Below are positions 56,101 through 64,000 of a stretch of 64,000 nt of DNA, piece by piece. This DNA comes from Phoronis australis (Eukaryota > Animalia > Phoronida): assembly GCA_002633005.1 (NCBI GenBank), contig NMRA01000132.1:558001-622000 (forward strand), read 5' to 3'. Both the position numbers and the translations under genes were made by a program. The notes beneath the pieces were generated by a model. It was not told the origin of the DNA and did not search any database. It was given only the letters and a program-made list of their open reading frames with translations. The stretch's first letter is position 1. The number at the start of each line of letters is the position of its first letter.

Positions 56101-58217
56101 CTTTCACACCAACATTTGCAGCCTTCAGTAGTACCACAATTTACCCGTCTCATTTGAGGTGCGAACTACTTCAATCAAAATTGAAAGGTTTAGGTGCTTT
56201 AAAAATCTTCAGCACAAAGGAGGGTATTGACCTACCTTGCCTCAAACCCCATGTCCAACAGCCTGTCAGCTTCATCTAGTACAAGCACATCCTAAAACAG
56301 ACCAATCACATGAAATACTTGTTGGCAAGTATCTTATTATCGATCACAAAAATTAATAAAATGTCGCTTATTATATGTGGAAGCATCATCACTTACTAAA
56401 ACAGGTTTATAAATAATCTATCACAAGAAGAGACATACCAAAGCCTTAACACTGAGTGCCAGATCAAAGCCTTCTTGTCGTCTCCTGAACATGTCCTCCA
56501 TCCGACCAGGTGTGGCGATAACGATGTGTGCCCTGTAAACAGTCAAGAGAGCAGCACACTACCAAACGACTCAACAACAGACTTCTAGCACAGTGACTCA
56601 CAAGTTCGAGGCACTTATTGCATTGGCTCATGTTTTATACTAATTATGCATTAACAAAGGGTAAAAACAGAATAGAGTGAAACACATTATCCTACTAAAA
56701 AGCACACAGGGTAAACTTTCCAGCATAGTTGGGCATCTACAAACTCGGCGCCATAGATCTGTGCCAGGTGCGCAGACCACATGCATATTTTACACTAACA
56801 CAGCAAGGGTTTTGTTGTGTTGGTTAGTTCTGATACAATAATCAAGCTACAAATTCCAGCCAATCTGGACACAAGAACATGTAAACAGATAACCTGCCAT
56901 CTGACAGTTGTGAATTAAGGCATAGCTGGTTTTACGATGTGCTTGGGGCACCTGCACTTCAGACCAATACTATATGGAGAATGAAAAAGGAAACGCGCAA
57001 ATTCCGGACACAGATATTCAGAAACAATAGTAGGTAATAAAATATTATTTTCTAAGCCAAGACCATAAACCCTTCAGCTGTGCTTACTTGGACAGGCCAA
57101 CTGGGACAGTTGTATGACTTAAGTGCCGTTCACACACAGACTTATCTCAGAACAAGTTACTCCTGAAGCGAGTTGTTGCTTGAATTGGCAGCAGTGTGGA
57201 CACTATTTAAACTAGCCCAACTTACCTCACTCATGACAACTTACTCCACCTTATCAAGATGGGGTAAATGTTCTAGGGTAACTTGTTCAAGGGTAACTTA
57301 CACAGAGCATAGCAACATTGTATATACTTTGTATATACATTGTATATTTCTTCCTGCTTTGAAAAAAGAGCCACCACTGTAAGTCTTCACAGGCTTCCTC
57401 TAATCATTACAATGTGTGTGTCCAAACTTGAAAGGTTCCTATTGATAGTGGGCGTCCAAATGATACATTGGGGGTCCTTGCCAGGGCATCCATAGTACTG
57501 CTAGGACCTCCATTTGGACGCCCAGGACATACGCTGCATAAAGGCCTGGTAGTCATACATGTGAGTGTGGACGCTCCACTAAAAGTGGTGTAAGAGTACG
57601 CTGTGTGTGGACAGGTCTTAAAAGCAGGCTTCACACATCAGAAGAAGATTTTCCTGCTTTATGTTGAACTGGAAAGATAACTAGGAACACCGAGGTTTGG
57701 AAAAAGTGAGGAAAGTCTTTCCCATGGAACAACCAAATCTTCCCATGGAGCGAAGAGAATTGCTTCTCTGTAGACCGGAAATCTTCATCATTAAATGGGG
57801 AATATCTGCCTCCGTCTTCGTCCAGTGCATTGGGTGAAAACCCCTCATTGCAGTTTGCATACCTCGCCTCCGTATTAGAGTTGCTTGTGTGTGCCGAACA
57901 GAACACAAGTCAAACTCCAATTGACAAAGCTTCCCCTTCTAAACAACTCCACCAAAATTAACTACCCACAATCCCAAGTTCTACTATCTGACAGCAACTT
58001 TAAAATCGATCTTTTTTGAAAACTCCACCCACATGTGTGAGCGATCTCCTTGCATGTCTTACCCATTATCCTTGAACTTTTCGATATCTTGAGTTGGACT
58101 GTTACCACCAATCAACAAAAGCTTGGAAAACTGAGGTAGGTTCCTAGTGAATGCAGACAGTACTCCCTCTATCTGCACCGCTAACTCACGCGTCGGTGTT
58201 AAGATAATGGCACCAAC
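47129..58217 (-). CDS. DDX55: ATP-dependent DEAD-box RNA helicase DDX55/Spb4, 14 exons visible, 5' exons beyond the window
   Basis: Motifs [48 protein letters not shown], the Spb4-type [13 protein letters not shown] and [13 protein letters not shown] segments, and a KKLKKGK tail. All exon phases are compatible. Confidence 0.95.
48407..48565 (-). CDS. DDX55: DDX55 exon ([11 protein letters not shown]...[12 protein letters not shown])
   Basis: Basic tail; phase 0-0. Confidence 0.92.
49136..49194. repeat. 19-bp tandem repeat (atgtgcttatgcacttcac) x3
   Basis: Directly visible. Confidence 0.9.
49506..49602 (-). CDS. DDX55: DDX55 exon ([14 protein letters not shown]...)
   Basis: Phase 2-0. Confidence 0.9.
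50234..50360 (-). CDS. DDX55: DDX55 exon ([25 protein letters not shown]...IAYR)
   Basis: Phase 1-2. Confidence 0.93.
50602..50690 (-). CDS. DDX55: DDX55 exon ([29 protein letters not shown])
   Basis: Conserved C-terminal extension; phase 2-1. Confidence 0.93.
51340..51419 (-). CDS. DDX55: DDX55 exon ([27 protein letters not shown])
   Basis: Phase 0-2, GT-AG, fits the Spb4 C-terminal extension. Confidence 0.88.
51801..52001 (+). mobile_element. tRNA-derived SINE, same family as 3320
   Basis: Shared agctcgtgggtttgagtc, tctagctcctcagct and aaaatggttc..gatcagt.caa blocks. Confidence 0.8.
52036..52150 (-). CDS. DDX55: DDX55 exon ([13 protein letters not shown]...INQK)
   Basis: Motif VI; phase 2-0. 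Confidence 0.95.
52702..52794 (-). CDS. DDX55: DDX55 exon ([27 protein letters not shown])
   Basis: Motif V; phase 2-2. Confidence 0.95.
53843..53932 (-). CDS. DDX55: DDX55 exon ([22 protein letters not shown]...)
   Basis: IHGKM motif; phase 2-2. Confidence 0.9.
53955..54570. repeat. Minisatellite with 20-21 bp unit gtcacatggagtgtgaaaca(a); homogeneous core ~54211-54545, degenerate ~24-bp units to the left
   Basis: Directly visible tandem array in a DDX55 intron. Confidence 0.95.
55026..55150 (-). CDS. DDX55: DDX55 exon ([11 protein letters not shown]...[13 protein letters not shown])
   Basis: Motif IV; phase 0-2. Confidence 0.93.
55737..55926 (-). CDS. DDX55: DDX55 exon ([21 protein letters not shown]...LKNYYM)
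   Basis: SAT motif; phase 2-0. Confidence 0.95.
56236..56291 (-). CDS. DDX55: DDX55 exon, DEAD motif ([18 protein letters not shown])
   Basis: Phase 0-2, GT-AG. Confidence 0.95.
56439..56532 (-). CDS. DDX55: DDX55 exon ([31 protein letters not shown])
   Basis: Phase 2-0, GT-AG. Confidence 0.93.
58063..58217 (-). CDS. DDX55: DDX55 exon, motif Ia ([16 protein letters not shown]...KDNG)
   Basis: tag| acceptor, GG|gtaaga donor; phase 0-2. Confidence 0.93.
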
Positions 58218-59539
58218 CTAAAGATAGGTATAACAAGGAGTGGTGATTTTTATGACACAGTAATAACCAAGCAATTGTATCCAATCAAAATATTAATTTG
58301 AAAGACTATTTCAGTGTCACTACATAGTCAATACTAGTTACAGGTTATAATTATGCTCCCATTTAAAAGTTTCCGCTGAGAAATGTGACATTCAAACATC
58401 ACTTTTACGATGAAAATTCCTCAGCATGGAATATAGTAATTAATATGGCATAAAGATGAATTTCACTTTGTCACATTTCTTAACAAAAATGTTTTAGGAA
58501 AATTTACTTTGCATTTAAAATGGTTTAAAGGGCCAACAATTGCAACAATGTGGTATGCCCCTGCAAAATAAAAATATGGCAATTTTAGCAAATTGAAGAA
58601 TGTTTACCATTAGTCTTGTGTTCAACATATACATTAGACAGACATGAAATGCATTTGACAAATGGCCTATGCCAGACAAACCGGGAAGATGGTCCACACA
58701 CATAGTCTTAGTGACCCACCTATCAAAAGAATCTGAGGTCGGGAAATCATAAGATGAGGCTGTTGATACGCATGACCCCCAAAGTAGTTGATCATTCATC
58801 AAATATTTGAGAAAATTCCCTTCTTTTCAACTCCTGACATTGCTACTTTGGTTCATCACCCTGCAACATATTCCTAAAACAACACATTCCCTGTTCTAGA
58901 CAATTTTCTAGACATGAACGATTCGTTCATAATTTTACTAAAAAAGTTATGTAGTACTTTTCTATGAGATATGAAAACATCAATAATCTTCAGCCTTCAT
59001 TGGCTATAATTTGACCCATATTGGACTTGACTTGGTAATCTGTATACATCCTGTAGAGGAAATCATTTGCATGCCATGGGACCACATGCGACAAACTGAA
59101 CAAAAACAGCCATCAGTCAAACCGTCAGCTGTGAACTTGTCCGCCATTAGGTTGTTTCCTGGCCATCAGATTTTATTCTACCTAGCCTCTGACCCTGTCT
59201 TTGTGACACTCACCAGGTGCTATGAGGAGAATGTACATTTTCCTTCTTGATCCTTTAGTTTATATTAAAATATGTGACACGGATTGGTCCCAGTAGGAAT
59301 GCATACAGTCTAACAATATTTGACTGTAAACAACAAAGCTACAAATACAGAAGCTTTTCCATGAATGCCGCAGTAAGTGTTTGTTAGTTTGAACAATGAG
59401 TTGGTGGTAAGCACTGCTTATCGATTAGCAAAATTAGTTGGATACAGTTTTTAACAAGCACAAAAATATGGTTTTGGTAACCGTAAAAAAGCAATATTGT
59501 TAAATTTGGAGTTTACATGTAACCCAAAGAAATATGTAC

Positions 59540-60190
59540 CTAATGACTCCATGCAGCACCAAATGACCTGAAACTTTGGAATTGGAACTCGGATCACATG
59601 TACCAATCAGATATGTGAACTTGAAGTATGGTATCTAGCTCAAAATCTCAGTTTGCATTTGATTGATAGTTATGTAGACTTACTTTGTAAATTGAAATTG
59701 AAAAGAATTTCCTAAGAATGTAAGTGAAATAACATTTTAAGAATTAGATGACCTTTGCATTAATTTACCCTTTCAGGTGCATATAAGACCTTGCAGTCGG
59801 TGAAAAGTGCGTTTAATGTAGAGAATCACAATTGTCTAACTGCTGACACATCAGAATGTGTGTAGAATAGGTCAAAATTTCAGAAGAAAAATACACCTTA
59901 TGACCCCATGGTTGCACCAAAAGACCTGAAAGTTACAATTGCAATTCAATAACAATAACAAGTACAAATCAGATATGGGAGTTTGAAGTGTCAAACTCAA
60001 AATCTTAGTTTGCACTTGATGACCTTTGACCTATTTAACCTCATTGGATTACCCGATTACTTAGAAGTTACATTTGATGGCATCTAGACTTATGCCTGTA
60101 AATAAAAATTGAAAAGAATTCTTTGAAAAATGTAAGAGAAACTTGCACTTAGGTGACCTTTGCACCTACTGACACTTTCGGTGCATTTTC
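59540..60190. repeat. Diverged ~360-bp tandem dimer, possibly the core repeats of a Helentron/HINE-like element
   Basis: atgac.ccatg..gcaccaaa.gacctgaaa...aatcagatatg...ctcaaaatct.agtttgca.ttgat at ~59543 and ~59900; atgacctttg motifs. Confidence 0.6.
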
Positions 60191-60352
60191 AATCAAAAAT
60201 GTGATATTTTATAAAAATTTATGGATGACTCAAATGTACTTGAAGTTTCAAAATTGAAAGTTGACTCATCTAGAAAAGGTAAAAAGGAAAATAACGGTAA
60301 TAAGAAAAAAGTAAAAACCCCAGAATAACATAACGTGAAATGTTCATGACAA

Positions 60353-60597
60353 AATCTCAGGGGTTACAGGGACTATAAACTGGAGACGCTTTTATCAGCG
60401 ATTTCAATAGTTTATTACCCATTTGTGCAGTAGGAACAATAAACATGGAAATTACGCTTGGTCTGGCAATGGACAGAATCTCAGGGGTTACACAGACTAT
60501 AAACTGGACATGATTTTATCAGCGATTTCAATAGTTTATTACCCATTTGTGCTGTAGGAACAATAAACATGGAAATTACGCTTGGTCTGGCAATGGA
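60353..60597. repeat. 124-bp tandem duplication
   Basis: aatctcaggggttaca... at 60353 and 60477, near-identical. Confidence 0.9.
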
Positions 60598-62976
60598 ACT
60601 TAAGGCTCTCAGGTAATGTGTACAGGCTTGAAATCACATGTTACCAGCCAAACAAAGGTTTGTGGTTTTCTCAGGAATTTCCGCCCACCTGGAAAATGAG
60701 GTTTTTCTGGTTGGTCGATCATGACCAAAACGCGTTACAAACAAGATTGCTGATATGCACAAAGTAATTATCCTTTCACTTTCCTTCTGCCTGCAACATA
60801 AAAAACTCTAAGTCATATTTTCATAACCTTCATATAAAAGTGCAAAATCTCAATAAAAATTCCTGAAAATATTTTGGAGAACAGTGCATTAAACAAAGTA
60901 CCCGTAGATGAAAGTTTCGTTTGAATCCAACCAGACATTTCTGAATTTCGAAATAATGTTGTGTACAATTTTCTAGAGCTCTACAAAACCTTAAAGCCTA
61001 ACTTCAACGGAATTTTGTTATAGGGCTAACCAGATAGTCCTAGCAAAGCCTTAGTAAAACAAGAAAACGCAAGTTCAAGCACGCAAATGTAAGCCCGTCA
61101 AATGATAGGTGAAGCTACCTTTTTGTGCCATGTTGCATCACCGCGAGATCCCAGCACAAACATCAAAAGGCCCATAACAGTTGTATTGAACAGGGGTCTC
61201 AATAGAACACCATTGTGTGCGGGTATTATCCGTAGCTGTTTGTGAATTAAATGATGTTTCTCTTAGTGACGTAGACAAAAGCAAGCCAATACGCCTAATA
61301 GTTTGTTACATATGACAATTTATAGCACTTAAAGTGGGCTCCAAACCATGCTCTTAACATTCTGTAAGAACCAAATTTAGAGGTGTTACCATTCAAGGTA
61401 GGCTTTAATATTTAAGTACAATGAAATCACTACTGTAACTGCTGTGACGGAACGTTACCAACGGTACATTTACTGTTATGCTTTTTAGTTGTTGTTCATT
61501 TATTCTTATGCTAATGTTTTTGTTGCGTCTCAGTGCGCCTTTGTTACGTGGACATGCAGGCGTGACAGTATGCGTCGGGGACTTCGCTAGCGACTGGCTT
61601 AGGAGAAGGATGTTTCCTTCCTTTGCTTATATGAAATTGAGCGTTATCATGTGTAACTGAACTGAAACTTATGCGTGACGAGGTGAAATACACATTTTTG
61701 ATGTTCACTGGAGACTAGCTCTGTTACACTACATAATATAAAGGTCAATTTTACGAAAACATTTTGTGTCATGATTGTTGTTCCTGTCATAGGCACTGCA
61801 CATGAACAGAGTCCATCTGGTCTTGCCATAGATAAATGAATACACTGCCCATAAGGTGCACTGACTGAAACTGAAAATGAAAGACGAAAATGCAGGTGGT
61901 CTGATATCTTTGCATTGTATCAGAGAACACAGTAAAAACCTGAATTGTGAAGTTTGCAAATATGACTGGTTAAAATTATCTGAAATACCTATACGCATGA
62001 TTAGAGCCAAACAATTTAGACCAGCTGACCTTGGGAAACTTATCTAGAGCTAAAAATAGTTCACCAATGTTGACTGCAGAATTCCTGCTGCATTGCAGTG
62101 AAGGTCTGTCCTATGGTGAAGGACATTTCTAAAATAGCTCTGTGCAGTGGAATAAGAGCATAACTCTTGCATCAGCTACCACAGGCATGTAACTTAAAGA
62201 TATTGCAGGTAAGTTCTGTAACAAACCAGGGAGAGATAGAACTATGTTCAACTTAGAAGTAATGATCCTGGGTTATTTACAACTGTATGGTAAAAACATT
62301 GCCATCTACTTAGTGTCAAAAACGTGAGGTTTTTAACAGTTAACATTTCAGGCCCACAGACCCAGTGTCTGTGTCTTCAGAGTTGTCATTTTCCCTAACA
62401 ACTAATAATTTTTCCCATTACTTGTTGGATTACATAATCAGTGCCCTTTCTTATCATTCTACAATGGTCTGTTCAGTTCTTACACCATCCACAGACACTC
62501 TTATCAGTCCCTGGACATAACTATAATTTATAGAAAGTATTCAAGTCCAATCACGTATGGCTGTTGAGCAGGCGAATTTTCACCCATTAAAATTATCAGT
62601 ACAGTTAAAATACTCTTCAAATTGGTAATCACAGGTATTGATGATTCATTAAGTGAACACATCCAATAAAGACAAATGGAACCATCTGACGGAGGCAATA
62701 TTCCTAATTTCGCAACTCATTCACCGATTTACATTGGTGACCACCGAGTTGTTTCAATGCGCATGCTCAAAATACCTTCGCAAAACAAGAAAAAAAAACG
62801 CCAAACATCTGCTTGGTGCCTGTATGAGTGATACGAGTGATGTTGATTTTCTACTCGTCTTTTACTTATTCCACTCGTGCTTTCGAGTGTTTACTAATGT
62901 CAATCCTTGTTGTAGCCGGTGTCATAACGAGCAGGTGATTACAGGTGCCATGTGCATCCACAGTCTGAGCATAGTA

Positions 62977-63479
62977 CAGTGGCGGATCTAGGATATCACA
63001 AGGGGGCCCAACATTTTGTCTGTAAACATTTGCGCATTGAAGCACGATTGTGATTCATTAAGGCTTCGATTAAAATTCACATCTTACCAGCAGCTTCTGT
63101 TTTTTCGTCACTCAGATTCTATTTTCTTTAAAAAATTAAGTAATTTTCTTCATTGTACAATGAAGCAGACAACGGAAACGGAGTCGTAATGCGCAGCACC
63201 ACTGCCAGTCACCTGGGATATCGCGGGTGAGCCTATACTTAGCTATAGTTCCGTTACAATTGAGCCATGTTCCGAATTTAACACTTGAAATTGGATCTGA
63301 GCCCCCTCCCCCCCCAACAAACTAAAACTACACCCATTTCAATCTTGTTTCCGCCGTATAATGTTAATTATCAGGGTTAATTAGTAAACTCAACATTTCC
63401 CTACGCTCTTGTTTTATTTTTTTGCGGAAGCCAAGGTGGGGCTCTGGCCCCCTGGGCCCCCCCCCTAAATCCGCCTATG
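62977..63479. mobile_element. hAT-like non-autonomous element
   Basis: CAGTGGCGGATCTAGG ... CCTAAATCCGCCTATG termini with G/C-run subterminal blocks; no clean TSD. Confidence 0.65.
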
Positions 63480-63705
63480 CAGTATGAAGTCTGTGATACA
63501 GATGTACTATTCAACTGAAAGTTAATTAGATGAAAAATTCAGCAGTATTCACTAATTCTATGCAACATAATGATACAAAACTATCAATCATCGATAACCT
63601 ATACAGCACATCGTGTTATGTCACACACATAACACTTCAGATAAAAGGATTTGGCTCGGTATTTCTAAACTATATATTTCAGTAACACACTCGAACACAT
63701 ACAGA

Positions 63706-63846
63706 ATGGCAGCGTATAAGCTACACAGCTGCTCTCTCGACGTGATCAACGGGAGACACAAGTCAGTAGTGTGTGTTGGTGAAAGCTGGGAGATGGACAT
63801 TGGACTACATAACAAAGATACAGGCAACCAGAGTATAGCAGTGCAG
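63706..63846 (+). CDS. Probable first coding exon of an unidentified gene nested antisense in a DDX55 intron (MAAYKLHSCSLDVINGRHKSVVCVGESWEMDIGLHNKDTGNQSIAVQ)
   Basis: Acceptor atatttcag| at 63682, ATG in AGAATGG context, 47 open codons, strong CAG|gtaaga donor; no family recognised. Confidence 0.5.
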
Positions 63847-64000
63847 GTAAGATATTTACAAATACAAGGCGAGGGGGTACTCGTATTGGAGACATTGGCA
63901 GTGAAACTGCTGCTAACCCACATGGGTAACCTGAAGTTTAGGGTATTGTCTCATGTTCGGGCATCACCTCCACTAGGTATTTCACCCACTTGGGTACATT

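Noticed and set aside
63088-63120. Minus-strand micro-exon (NLSDEKTEAAG|gtaaga) as an upstream DDX55 exon
   Set aside because: Lies inside the hAT-like element and does not resemble the expected GSGKT-containing exon.

Overview
AT-rich, intron-rich animal (invertebrate-like) genomic DNA. Most ORFs in the six-frame track are spurious; the real coding content is spliced exons, which I assembled by hand from GT-AG sites and reading phase. (1) Plus strand, 381-42785, 5' end upstream of the window: a smoothelin-like cytoskeletal gene. It encodes a smoothelin motif, charged/Ser-Thr linkers, four I-set Ig domains, a second smoothelin motif after a 15-kb intron, coiled-coil repeats and a C-terminal smoothelin-type calponin-homology (CH) domain. 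The first CH helix is encoded by three tandem homologous exons of identical phase (36873-36954, 38547-38667, 39795-39879), and exactly one must be used to keep the frame, so this is a mutually exclusive exon cassette with candidate competing RNA pairings. (2) Minus strand, 58217-47129: 14 exons of the DEAD-box helicase DDX55, whose first exons lie beyond the window. (3) A probable plus-strand gene nested in the DDX55 intron (about 62208-63846). The introns hold tRNA-derived SINEs, several MITEs, a Kolobok-like THAP relic, minisatellites, an inverted pair of Penelope-type minimal hammerhead ribozyme motifs (31323-31726) and two gap-flanking duplications that look like haplotype assembly artefacts. 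No database searches or folding programs were run.
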